Of a stretch of 64,000 nt of DNA, positions 12,861-24,322 are shown one piece after another (position 1 is the first letter of the stretch; every line of letters begins with the position of its first letter). The notes beneath the pieces are model-generated. The model made no database searches, was not told where the DNA came from, and worked only from the letters and a program-made list of their open reading frames with translations. The stretch comes from Vitrella brassicaformis CCMP3155 (Eukaryota; Protista; Chromerida). Position numbers and translations under genes: made by a program. The stretch is from contig CDMY01000487.1 of assembly GCA_001179505.1 (NCBI GenBank), forward strand, positions 1 through 64,000, read 5' to 3'.

Positions 12861-13544
12861 ATGAGTGAATGAATGACTGGCTGGCTCCCCGACTGGCTGC
12901 CTGACCGGCTGTAGACTGACTGATTGATTGGGTGACTGATTGATGGGACGTGATCGACGTCAGGCTGAGGCTGGATAGGGGAGAGGGGATGGATATCGTT
13001 GGCTACATTATATATCAGTCTTGTCGTATTTTGACCAATGGGCTGTTCTTCCCTACTCGGGGTGACTTGATTGTGCGTGTGGTTGGATAGAGACGATCCT
13101 GTCGTATCGCTAATTCTTTCAAGGATTCACGTACTTTCTCTGCGGCCAAGGCAGCCAACCAGACTCACCCACGTCCACACATCCATAGAAACGCATTCAC
13201 TCACTCACACACACACACACACACGCGCACCTGTCCCCGCCTTCCTCTCTGCTGCATCGAATCGAGCCGCGACAGAGCCATGCCATCCCTAGCTAAGCAT
13301 GCCCACCCCATACACACACAACACAACGCAGGGCAGGGCAGGGCAGGGCAGGGCACGCACAGCACATGCCAGAGTATATATACGGACGGCTATATATCCA
13401 CATAACATGCAGGCCAGCCAGCCAGCCAGCCATGAAGGAATGCCATGAATGAATCTACTCAGTCCGCCTCCCTCCCTCGCTCCCACTCTCTCCCTATCTA
13501 CGCCACGCCTGGGTGTGTCTGCTGCATGTGGGTGTGTGTGTCTA

Positions 13545-16034
13545 TCAGTCCTCCCCCTCCTCGGGCGGGGCGTTCTCGTCGATCTCGCCACCATCTGTGT
13601 GACACACACACACACACACACACGTGTACACAAGTGACACAGGTGAATGGGCGGCTTCACGTGTGTGTACCTGACGGCAGTTCCTCCTCCAGTGGGTGCG
13701 GCTCTGGCTGCTCGACCAAATCCTCGGGCTCCTCCTGAATGTCACCTGCGCGCACACAAGCGGAGAGCAGGGGAGAGAGAGGGAGTGCGTGTCGGCTGAT
13801 GCCCTCCCTCCCTGTGTGAGGGCGTTGCGTTGCGTAGGGTACCAGGTGCGGTTGGGTAGAAGGGCGGCACGCCAGCCTTCAGGCCATAGCCTATGTACAC
13901 AGTCACGTACTTCTTGCCCTGTAAGTGGGACGGACAGATACAACACACACACACACACACACAGACAGACAGGATACACACACACACAGGAGAGAGAGAA
14001 GCAGACACGCGTGCTGCGCGTGGCTGTGTGCGCTCCTTCTCCCTGTCTGCACTGGGCTGCACTGCAGTCCACTTGACTTGACTGACCTGTGCAGCAATGA
14101 CAGCCCCGGGCCATCTGAGGCTCTTGACGACCGTGACGGCGTAGCTCGTGGCGGCGTCCTTGACCGTGTAGGGCGCCGTGTCGCCCACCTGCTTGACCGA
14201 CCACGCACTCTCAGACTCGCCTACCGCTGCGGTAATTATCACACAACAAACACAATACAGATAACTAACAGGGGGCGGCACAAGTGTGTGTGGTGGTGGG
14301 GTGAGGTGACTTACGTGGGTCAGTGTCCAGCGTGCGAAGGATGTCCTGCGGCGGGTCAGCCTCCTTCTGCGCATTGATCTGCACCCAGACACCCAGACAC
14401 ACATGTGCCTTGCTGTTGGTGGTTCTCCGGCAATGTTGCCTGACCTCATTGGCCTTCTGCGGCTCGGCCTCCTCGTCTACCTCGGGATACTGGGTCTTGC
14501 CTGCGGATGGATGGATGGATGGATGCGTGTGTGTGTGTGTGCGTGTGTCGGTAGGTACCGTTGATGAGTATGTAGTCCCTGCAGTGCGTCCACTTGTCGG
14601 CCGACGCGAAGTCCTCGCCGACCGGGTACTCAAACTCCAAATCCTCCTCAATGCCCTCTGTTAAACAGGCACACACACGCAAACAAATCTGGTCTATCTG
14701 TGTTGTCTGTCGTTGGCGGCGGGTGTGTGGTGGTGTGTGTGTTGATGTACCGCCCTCCTCTTGTGGTTTGAAGAGGCCGGCAGGGCACAGCACCGTATCG
14801 CTACTGATCAACGCTATCTGGCAACTGACCCACACACCAACACATGAATCATGTGTCTGTCTGTGTGGAGGGAGGGCGTCTGTGGATGCCTTTCTCTGTC
14901 TGCCTGTGTGTTACCGGAGGAGTTGTTTCTCCGTGCCGGGGAACCAGGGGTGGGAAATCACCAGACGATTCAGATCGCCTGCGTCCACCCCTCCACACAC
15001 ACACCAACAGGCGCAAATGTGGCGTCTGTCCGTGGGTTTGTGTGTGTGGAGGGGTGGTGTGTCTTGCCGGTGAACAGCTTCTTGATCTGACGGGCAGCTA
15101 GAATCTGCACCCACACACCCAAAGTGACGTTCGAATGCTCTTGGTGTGTGCGGTGTTGTGTGCACCGTACCTCCTTGGGCAACGCGTCAGGCAGCAGCAC
15201 CCACGGCTCCAATACTACGCACACACATATGACGAGCACTTGCACTCGCCACCGCTCGTGTGTGTGTGTGTGTGTGTGTGTGATACCGTTATTGGTGACC
15301 CAGTAGGTGTATGTGTTGACGCCCGTGCCGCGCGCCTCTACCTCAGGGTCGGCACCTGACACACACACACACACACACACACGCAGGGATGGATGTGCGA
15401 GAGGTTTGGTTGTGTGGTGGCTGGCTGGTACACTTACTCTCGTCGATGCCTTCGATCTGCCCCTCCGCTACGTAATAGTCGCGCTCAGTCCCTGCACCAC
15501 ACACATGGCGTTCCTCTGGTCAATGTGCGTGTAGCGTGCGACGCCCAACCAATGCGTTCGTCACATCTGTCCGCCCATCCCATCCCCTCAGCCGCCCACT
15601 CACCGAGTATCTTGCCCCAGAAACGGAGCGACTGCAGGCCAGGAGTGTTCGCGCCCAGACGCTGGACCCACAACACAACACAACACAACACAACACAACA
15701 GAACAGAACAGAACAGAACAGAACAGAACATACACACGACTGACAGCGCCCTCCGATCTCCCCCCCCAACGCTCCCACGCACCCACCCTGAGTGAGCACG
15801 CGAGTCGGTACGTTTCCGTCTTGCTGAAACCGACGCCCGCCCACTCGAGGATGGCGGCCTCCTCCATGAAGTTGGGCAGCGACGGCACCGGCAGCGCAGA
15901 CCCGTCCTCGCCCGCCGGCACCTATTAGCACCCATCGGCAGGACACGTCAACGCACAAACAGAGAGCTGCCGGGTGACTTACCGAGGTGAGGTTGACGGT
16001 CTCTGCCATCCATTTCTGCAAACGCTCCTGAGCA

Positions 16035-16066
<32 letters not shown>

Positions 16067-16371
16067 CACATCCACAGCCAGCCATCCTTCCCGCGCGCAT
16101 TAGGCATTCATTCACGTCGCTCCGGTGGCTCACCCACCAGTAGTGCGGGGTCCTCGGGCATGGGCAGCACCTGGTCGGGCGAGGACTCGCTGGGGAACGA
16201 GGTCTCCTTGATGTATCGCGAGAAGGCCTCGAAGGTGTCATAGGCGTCGGCGGGTTTCTCGGTGATGACCTTGGAGAGCACATGGGTCATGTGCTCGAAG
16301 AGGTTCTTGCCGCCGCCATGGTCCTTCTTCAGGAAGGCCAACGCCGAATCTACAGTCACCTCAGACGTCAT
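13545..16371 (-). CDS. RSPH4: Flagellar radial spoke head protein, RSP4/6 family (multi-exon)
   Basis: Spliced motifs: NLFEHMTHVLSKVI, LPNFMEEAAILEWAGVGF, LRFWGKILG, GTGVNTYTYWVTN, WVLLPD, IKKLFTG, PWFPGTEKQLLR|QIALIS, SLRWPGA, VYIGYGLK, and an acidic tail ending APPEEGED*. Confidence 0.92.
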
Positions 16372-16623
16372 TTCGGGCGAGAAAGAGGAGGGTCTCGTGC
16401 GAGCTGGAGGCCTCCTCGCCAAGCCGTGGCCAGGAGACGAAGGCTTGTCGCCGGACGACGGTCACGCCGTCCTCTCGATCCAATGATACATGTGGCAGGG
16501 CATTGCAGCGTACACAAAAACACATACAGATCCACAGATCCACTTGATTTGGCAGACACACGACACACTGCCCTCTCCAAAGACACACAGAGTTTTCCCA
16601 TCCCATCCATCGGTCACATCTAC

Positions 16624-19114
16624 TCACATCGTCACCCTGCCTGTGCCCTGCCCCATCCGCCTCACATCCACAACCGCACGGCCAGCCTGATGTGGTGGCT
16701 GGGGGTGTGGGTGGGTCTGGCCGCTGCTCACGGCGGCCGGCGCGTCTGCTGCACCAGGGGAGCCATTGATGAGCCCATGGTGGTCTTGTGCAGTGCCGCT
16801 GCCATAGTGCTGCAGCTGCAGCTGGCCACAGGCGCCCTGGATGTCCAGACCCCTGGGCTCCCTCACTGTACACGTGAACTTGTAGCTATGCGCCGCCTGC
16901 ACCACACACATCACACACATCGATTGCGTCTGTCTGGTGCACCTGTCAGTGTGTGCGTGGCGCGGGCATGGCTGCGTACGTCTCTGAAGGCCTGGATTCT
17001 GTCGCGTGAAGGTGTCCGGAGTGCCTCGTCGCTGCCGGTCCAAGGGCTGAAGGGCAGCAGGTTGAGCCTGACTCGGTCCTTGCCGGGTATCCTGGTGAGT
17101 GGGTCGATCAGCGACACGAACGAGTCGATCTGCTCGGGCAGGTCGGTGATGCCCACGATCAGCAGGAGCTCGATGAACAGGTTGCGCGAGTCGCGACGTT
17201 GCCTTATCACGCCCCTGCAAACAAGGAAATGCAGGATGATATGGCGTTCTTCTTGTCTGTTCGCCTCTTTGTCGTTCTGTCCTCTATACTCGAATGCGTC
17301 TCTGAGTTCCTCCAGTGAGTGCGTCATGGTTGGCACCAGCAGCCGACGGGCCTCTTGATCAGCCTGCACCCATCGATCCATCCATCCATCCATCCACAGT
17401 TCCATCAGAGAGACGGTGGCTTGTTTCTTGTGTTGTGTTACTTACCGTGAGGAGTGCCCACGAGAGGACGGTGTTGAGGTTGGCCAGGCCGTGGATGGCC
17501 TCAGGCGACGGGCCCATCGTACTCACCGACAAACGGGACGGACCGAAGGCAAAGCCGCCCTGGTCGAGCAAGATCTGATGCACCGACACCCACAGTTTAA
17601 ACAAGCGCCAGAAATGCGTGTGTGTCTTTGGTTTTTGTCACCTCGCACGCTTTGCTGAGGTTGTGGATGTTCTCTGTGGGCTCGCCCATGCCGGCCACCA
17701 CACACGTCTGCACAGGAGGCAGCCCGTACCTGTCACACACACACACACCGTGCAGACAAACAGACTCTGTGTGTGTGTGTTTGTCTGAGTGTGGGTTGCT
17801 CACTCTCTGGCGAGTTTGATGGCCAGGTAGACCTGCCCCACAATCTCATCGACCTCCAGGTTCCGACGGAGCCCAAACGCACCGCTCGCACACGGACGAC
17901 ACGAATGGCTGCAGCCAACCTGCAGCCGACGAGAGGAGGAGAAACACAAACACCAGCATTCCCGGCATGTAGCCATTTCCCTCCCTCCCTCCCTCCCACT
18001 GACTGACTGACTGACTGACCTGTGTGGATATGCACACGGACGTCTTCTTGACGTGTGGCAGCAGCATCGTCTCGATCCGCTCCCCGTCACCCAGCCGCAC
18101 ATCCATCTTGACCGCACCATCAGCGCTCCGCTGCAGCCCCGCCACATCCACAGGTGGCCGATCCACCACCGTCTGGAAGATGTGTGAAAATGCCCCCGAG
18201 AAGCCGTACCGGCCCTCCAGCTCCCGGGGCTCCATCATCCACGGGTCTGCCCCATCCCTCAGCACCTTCCACACCTTCTTGGCACGCCCCTCGCCATTGA
18301 GCTTGTAGCCCAGCTCGCCCGGCGTCATGGCCAAGAGGTCGGGCAAGCGCCGGTTGGACGGCATCTGGAAGGACGAGATGGACCGACGCCGCCCCCCTTG
18401 CTGATAGCCATAGCTGGTGCCGTAGGAACGTGACGGCGAGTGTGATGGAGCAGGGGGTAGATAGCGAGGCATAGAGGGTGCCGGGCGTCGGAGGACGGTG
18501 GAGCCATCGGTCCAGCCGAGCGGGGTGCTGGCCGGTTGCTGCCTGGGGGTAGGGGGAGGTGTACGTGGGGACTGCGTCGGTCGCTGCAACGACGGTAGTA
18601 GATGAGATGGGACATTGTTGCTGTTGACCTGCGGTCTCGCAGAAGGAACCGGCGAGCGATCCGCATGAGTGCGTCCGCTCTCGCTAGTGACAGCCGTGTG
18701 CTCATCGACCACTTGCGTCCTTCCCTCCGCTGCCTGATGCTCCATTGCCTCGACATCTCCCATCTGTTCTTGCCTCAGCCGCGCTCTCTCCCGCTGCCCT
18801 CTCAGCGTCTTCTGCGACCGAGGCCGCTCCACAGGCCGACGGCGGGGCAGCCGGTGGCCCACCTTCAGACGCAGACGCGGTGACTCAGACGAGGAGCCGC
18901 AGAAGGTCTCCAGCTCCTGGAAGTAGACCGACTCGAACGACAGTTGTGACTCATCGTCTGCCTTCTTCAGCCTGGCGCGAGCAGGTACGTGGCGGTAGGG
19001 ACGGGCGAGGCGGCGTGATGGTCGCTGTAGGTGAGGAGGGAGGAAGGATGGGCAGATCTCGGCATGCATGAGGTGCCATAGAAGGCAAAACGTTGCGAAG
19101 CTGAAGAGCCACAT
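16624..19114 (-). CDS. rlmN: RlmN-family radical SAM RNA methyltransferase, probably plastid-targeted
   Basis: Motifs: SADGAVKM..RLGDGERIETMLLP, SVCISTQ|VGCSHSCRPC (CxxxCxxC), RNLEVDEIVGQV, GMGEP, SVST, NLLPFSP, and REPRGLDIQGACGQL. The N-terminus MWLFSFATFCLLWHLMHAEICPSF... resembles a signal peptide plus transit peptide. Confidence 0.9.
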
Positions 19115-19239
19115 GACGCTGTAAGGGAGGCTGGTGGGACAGTCTCTATGGACTCTGCCTCTCTCCTGCATCATCCACACTTGCGAGCTTGGCTGCAAAC
19201 CCCTCCACCCTATCAAACCCTGCGCTGCTCGACATAAGC

Positions 19240-20976
19240 ATGAAGCGACTTAAGCGGCTGATTGTCGCGGCTGTGGCTGCCTCCGCCTCACTCGCGAGAG
19301 CAAGCGAAGATACAGTGGCGTTCACACACCGGGTGCCAAGACGATGCGTCAGAGAGCGGCGTGCACATGCCCATCCACGTGATCTCGATGATGCAGCAGT
19401 GGAGGTCGCCAGCCAGCCCCATCTCGTGACGGCGACAGACCATCACGTTCCTTATCCGCTTTTCAATGTCACCGGAGCTCCGCTGCTCATCGACGAGGGC
19501 AGCCATCACGCGGACCACGTCCTCGCCCCTCCCTCCCCCTCCCCCTCCCGCCCCTCCGCCGTGTCGTCCGCCCGCAGATTCAAGCAACGGCGAAAGACGG
19601 CCCTTCACGCCATGATTGACCGCATCCGTTCGTATGGACTTGCTGGTATGCTGTCGTATGGTGTGCTCAACGCTCTCTACTACACTGTGGCTGTGGCGCT
19701 GGCCTGGTGCTGCCGCATGACGTGTCCCTCTATGGCTGCCCCGTCGCTTCGCTGCGCCACTCAGCGGTTCGTGAAGGTGTTTGTGTTGGTGTGGGCGGGC
19801 AGTCAGGTGACCAAGGGGCTGCGGGCCGCCATGGCCGTCATGATCGCGCCGTTCGTGGACAAGGTGCTCGCGGCCACGCAGAGGAGGCTGCGGCTCAAGA
19901 CGAGGGAGAGGGCGTTTGCCGTGTGCTGCATCATGCTGCTTGGGGGCACCTTTGGGGTGTTCGGTGTGCTGGTGCTGTCCTCATGCATGCCAGCGGTTTT
20001 GCTGACCACACCGGCAGCAGCCTTCATGCCGCCTCCAACGATCATGCAGCAGCAGCCCCAATGGTCACTGGCCCTCCCTCTTGCGTCGATGCTCTCTTAT
20101 CATCTGACAAGGGTCTTCAACAACGGTCCCAGTGGACTGGAATACGGCAGCGATGGGGATACCGATGAGCAGGGCGGCCCCTGGGGGTGGAAAAGCGAGG
20201 GCGATGTGCTCAAGAAGAGGGGCAAGACCATCAGAGGACCCTTCAGCCCCTCAGCTGCACCACCACCGGAGGACAGAGAGCCGATGCAGCTACTGGCTGA
20301 TCTGGTCAACACCCACGATGACAGCTCTGCTATCATCACACAAGCCGAGGAAGGGACGGTAGAGGAACTCGAGGCTGAGGACGAGCAGCCGGTTGGCAAG
20401 AAGGCCCCACCCACCCCACCCAAGTCGCCCGTGTCGGGGTGGAACATCCACCCCAAGTGGATGACAGGCCGCTGGCACATCCCCTCTGAATGCCTGTCGG
20501 TCGTCCCCCACTCCCTCTGGCTGCTCAGCCCCCCACAGCAGGCGGCTCTCATCACCGCTCTGGGGACGCTGCAGCACTCCCGCATTCAGCTGCTCCCGCG
20601 CGGCAACCTGACCGTCTCCCCGCCATCACCCTCTCTCCAGCCCCTCTCCTGGCGCTTCACGCCCGCCACACGCCGCCTTGTCGTGGAGCTCCAGATGAGT
20701 GACGACACGGGGTGGGTGCTGCGGTATAGCGGTCGGGTCAAGTGGGACAGGGGCGTGTTCATGCACTGTGACGGGAGCGGTGCCGTCCGCCTGAGGACTA
20801 AGGACGACAGCGATGGTGACATGCCTGTTGTTGCGCAGGGGCCGTTTGAGTATCTGATGCCGCGGGGCGAGCGGAGGCGCGAGAACAAGGGGCGGGGGAG
20901 GGTGCTGGCTGAGTGGCGAGAGGGCGCTGACAAGATAGCGCCATTTAGACCTGCCCTGGTGCTGCCGACTATCTGA
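19240..20976 (+). CDS. Intronless putative plastid membrane protein with an unknown C-terminal domain
   Basis: Single 578-aa ORF with a signal-like N-terminus (MKRLKRLIVAAVAASASLARA). The hydrophobic block YGLAGMLSYGVLNALYY...WAGSQVTKGLRAAMAVMIAPFVD is recalled as typical of a small plant/algal plastid membrane protein family (recognition from memory, unverified). Confidence 0.7.
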   Translation: MKRLKRLIVAAVAASASLARASEDTVAFTHRVPRRCVRERRAHAHPRDLDDAAVEVASQPHLVTATDHHVPYPLFNVTGAPLLIDEGSHHADHVLAPPSPSPSRPSAVSSARRFKQRRKTALHAMIDRIRSYGLAGMLSYGVLNALYYTVAVALAWCCRMTCPSMAAPSLRCATQRFVKVFVLVWAGSQVTKGLRAAMAVMIAPFVDKVLAATQRRLRLKTRERAFAVCCIMLLGGTFGVFGVLVLSSCMPAVLLTTPAAAFMPPPTIMQQQPQWSLALPLASMLSYHLTRVFNNGPSGLEYGSDGDTDEQGGPWGWKSEGDVLKKRGKTIRGPFSPSAAPPPEDREPMQLLADLVNTHDDSSAIITQAEEGTVEELEAEDEQPVGKKAPPTPPKSPVSGWNIHPKWMTGRWHIPSECLSVVPHSLWLLSPPQQAALITALGTLQHSRIQLLPRGNLTVSPPSPSLQPLSWRFTPATRRLVVELQMSDDTGWVLRYSGRVKWDRGVFMHCDGSGAVRLRTKDDSDGDMPVVAQGPFEYLMPRGERRRENKGRGRVLAEWREGADKIAPFRPALVLPTI

Positions 20977-21355
20977 GAGGGATGACAGAATGAGTGTAGT
21001 CTGACGAATGAAGTAAATACATGGGAACCTGGCGACGGCCAGCAGGCAGGGGCCTTTTTGCATGTCATGTAGAGAAGCGTCAGTCATAAGTCAGTGAGCC
21101 ACTCACTCATCGGGTTATCGACTGGCTGGTGACGATTCATTTGTTTGTGTGATGGGCGTGGCGGACAGAGGGACGGCTCGGTCATTTTTGCAGACGTACA
21201 GGAAGCATTCGTTCATTCCAAACAGTGCAGTGGTGTGTACAATGAATGCAGTCCAAGTTCGTTCGGACACCGAAAGAAAGAGCCCTTGGTTGACATGACA
21301 GATCGATATGCACAAAGAATGTGGACGGACACTGAATGAATGCCGACTGTCTATC

Positions 21356-22122
21356 CTATCTTGCGTCGTGTGCGTGAGGGTAGAGCAGGCTGCGCCCCTG
21401 GTCCCTCTTGCCCTGCAGCTCCTGGAACTGCTTCTCCTGGTTCTGCAGCCAAACAGAACACACAGGCAGCCAGCCAGCCATGACGCACACATACATCCGA
21501 AAGGACGCCACGCCACGAGGGTGACACGGCGGTCGCTTACCTTGAGGTCGAGCTCTAGTGAGTTGATGTCATCGAGCACACCCCCACACGCCGTCTGGAG
21601 CGCCTTGATCGGCGTCGACGCATTCGTTGTCTGCACCTGCCATGCGTGTGTCAGTCACGGAAACGCCCAATGTGTGCCATGCTGTGATCCCTGTGATCCT
21701 CAGCCTCACCCTGACAAGCATTTTTGGCTCGAGTGGGTGTGGCACTTGATAGGCACCAAACTTGACCTCAGGGTCCTCCAACAGCTTCCTACAACACACA
21801 CATCGGACGACGGACACCAGTGAGTGAGTGAATGATGCTCTCCCTGCTCACAGTGTGCCTGCAGACAGACAGACAGACACCGACACGTACGTACCATCTG
21901 AGCACGTTGCCGAGTGTGTGGTCCTCGAGGTAGATGGAGAAGGTGCCCAGGTTGTTCACCTTGGCCTCCTTAGCGTACTCTACCCTGCACCACGCGCACA
22001 CACAACCACAATCACATGTTGCACGTCGGTTGTGCGGCATACTTGCTCGAGACGCCGGGCGGCAGTTCCAGCAGCTCGGCTGCATCTGGACGGTTGATAG
22101 CGGCGTTGTTCTGGTTCGCCAT
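21356..22122 (-). CDS. RPB11: RNA polymerase II subunit RPB11 (five exons)
   Basis: MANQNNAAINRPDAAELLELPPGVSSK|VEYAKEAKVNNLGTFSIYLEDHTLGNVLRW|KLLEDPEVKFGAYQVPHPLEPKMLVRV|QTT... The EDHTLGN and YxVPHPL motifs fit RPB11 rather than AC19. Confidence 0.93.
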
Positions 22123-22371
22123 CACGACAGACGAACGCCTCACGCCAGAAGGCTGCGACAGAGATCAACGGAGATCAGCTCTTTTGACCGCTGGACAACC
22201 TCATCCCGCTCGATAGCTGCTTCTTGCTTCCTTCTTCTGCTTCGCAAAGGGCTCGCATACAGCTACACGGACAATCTTACCCTTAACCACCACCCGAGAG
22301 ATCCCCGTCACCGCTTTCATCGCTCTCTCGGCCGCACTCACATCTCTATCAGATCGACAGGCGGCATCATC

Positions 22372-22986
22372 ATGACGACGGACGGCCGTTTCTACCTGCT
22401 TGTCTCGCCAGACGGGCACATTGGCCCAGGACCTTGCGCCCAGAGGAGGTATCTACGGTCGTCGGACATCAGCAAGATCATCGCCTTCGACGACAACGAC
22501 CAGTCGAAGCCCGACAGACCCATCGGCGTGCTGCAGGGGGCATCTGTGTTCTTCGAGAAGTGCATCAAGCTGCTGGAGAGGTGCTTATCAACTGAGAGAG
22601 GGAGAGAGGACGGCCATGTGATGTGCAGATCTGGCGTTTGTCCTGGGTGTGTGTGTGTGTTCATCAGCGAGTTTCGTGACGACTCGGTCCTGGCCCCATC
22701 GGGGGTGCGGTACAAGATCATTCAGCAAGGCAGCGGCGCCATGCCTACGGCCGAGCAGCAGGTCAAGTTCGACTACATCGAGTGGGGCGACGCCTGGGAG
22801 GGCGAGGTGTGTGCCGATGAGCCTGGCAGTACGTGCCGACCGGCAGAACTGCCCGGGTGGTTCGGGGAGGCGATCACGTCGATGCGAGTTGGAGAGGTGC
22901 GTCGATTGATGGTGCCGCCGGATGTCAGCCACGCCCCGGTCCCTCACACAAAGCTGGTGCAGCTCACGCTGCACGCCATCATGTGA
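22372..22986 (+). CDS. Degenerate FKBP-type PPIase-like domain protein (two exons)
   Basis: SGVRYKIIQQGSGAMP...VKFDY...LPGWFGEAITSMRVGEVRRLMVPP matches the FKBP fold. Intron at about 22582-22668. Several active-site aromatic residues are not evident. Confidence 0.75.
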   Translation: MTTDGRFYLLVSPDGHIGPGPCAQRRYLRSSDISKIIAFDDNDQSKPDRPIGVLQGASVFFEKCIKLLERCLSTERGREDGHVMCRSGVCPGCVCVFISEFRDDSVLAPSGVRYKIIQQGSGAMPTAEQQVKFDYIEWGDAWEGEVCADEPGSTCRPAELPGWFGEAITSMRVGEVRRLMVPPDVSHAPVPHTKLVQLTLHAIM

Positions 22987-24322
22987 ACAGTCAACAACGG
23001 GACAGAGAGACACACACACAGAGAGAGAGAGAGAGAGAGTCACACACACACGTGTTACGAGCCTGCCTGGGGTTCGTCACGTCACATGTGATACGGCCGC
23101 AGTGGCTTGCCCAGCCCCCCGCCTCCCCGCCCGGCGGGGCAAGCCGCTGCGGCCTTACTATATGTGACGTGACTGACCCGACAGTCAGTCAGTCAGTCAG
23201 TGGATCAACCGATAAAGGGAGGGAGGGAGGGAGGGAGAGAGGGAGTTGCGGGCTTATGGTGGCGCAGCTCGTGTGAATATAGTGGCTGTCACGTCGGTCG
23301 ACGATTCGTTGCTCTTTTTCCGCCTGCCGAGCGCAGGCAGGCCTGGCTGAGTGACGTACGTGCTGTCATTCCTAGGCTGGCTGGCTGGGCTGCATTATTT
23401 TTCCTCCATCCATTCCTCTATCTGAACGGTGAATGTCTCTCTTCCATGCGAGTGTCGGTTTGCTGCCGGGCGTCTTTCACTCTTGCCCCCATTCGGCTTC
23501 TGGTGATTTCCTTACATGGTGCGAGACACCCATTCACCGCCTGAGACTTACTTGTGTGTTTCTGTTGTATTTTTCGCTATGGCCAATGCACTCAATGCAC
23601 CGTGGGCTGATGATATATGGTGTGTCTATACTTGTAGGTGTCTGGTCTGTCGCCTTGTGGTTGTATACAGTGTGGACGATGCGATGCCTGCCTGCTTGGT
23701 CTGCATGGCATGCATACGGATGCATCAAGGGACAGACAGACAGACCGACCGACCGACCGATTGCCTCAACAAAAGCAGCCCGCTGGTGTCTGTCGTGTCT
23801 CTGCTTCGGTTCAAGTGTCCCATGCGATGCGTCATGTCACAGCAGGCAGATGACGTAACGGGCAATGCATGATTCACCAAATCGCTTTTATGCACCATTA
23901 CGTAAGCAACCCCAATTAGACGAGATGAGACGAGACTCACACACACACACACACACATACACATATATATATATCATGTTGGTGGCCGTACGGTAGGTAC
24001 AGGGGCTGGGCTGGGCTGGGTTACCCACCCACCCACAGGCATACGGCAGAATGCTGGGTGGCACAGCACACGGCTACTCCTACAGAACTTACTTGCGAGA
24101 CCAGAAAACTGACTGACTGACTGACAGACACCGATATGTAATGAATGCCATGCCCCACCCCACCCGACCCGATACATAGACACGCCACGCCCACACATGT
24201 CAGTCATGCACACAGATATAAATATCATACGCACGTACACACACACAGAGAGAGATGAACCTACAAAGGACGCGTACACACGTAAAATCACGCACACGCC
24301 GTGTAAGCACGCCCTCACTCGC

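Noticed and set aside
15675-15728. (CACAA)n(CAGAA)n block
   Set aside because: Simple pentanucleotide microsatellite inside an RSP4/6 intron.
21934-22370. 350-aa ORF starting at 21934
   Set aside because: Its 5' part is antisense to RPB11 exons and the shared promoter. The real FKBP-like gene starts at 22372.
23200-24320. Short ORFs between the FKBP-like and PAN-PLC genes
   Set aside because: They translate microsatellites (TDRQ, HTHT, CVCV) and have no coherent exon chain. Probably convergent 3' UTR or intergenic sequence.
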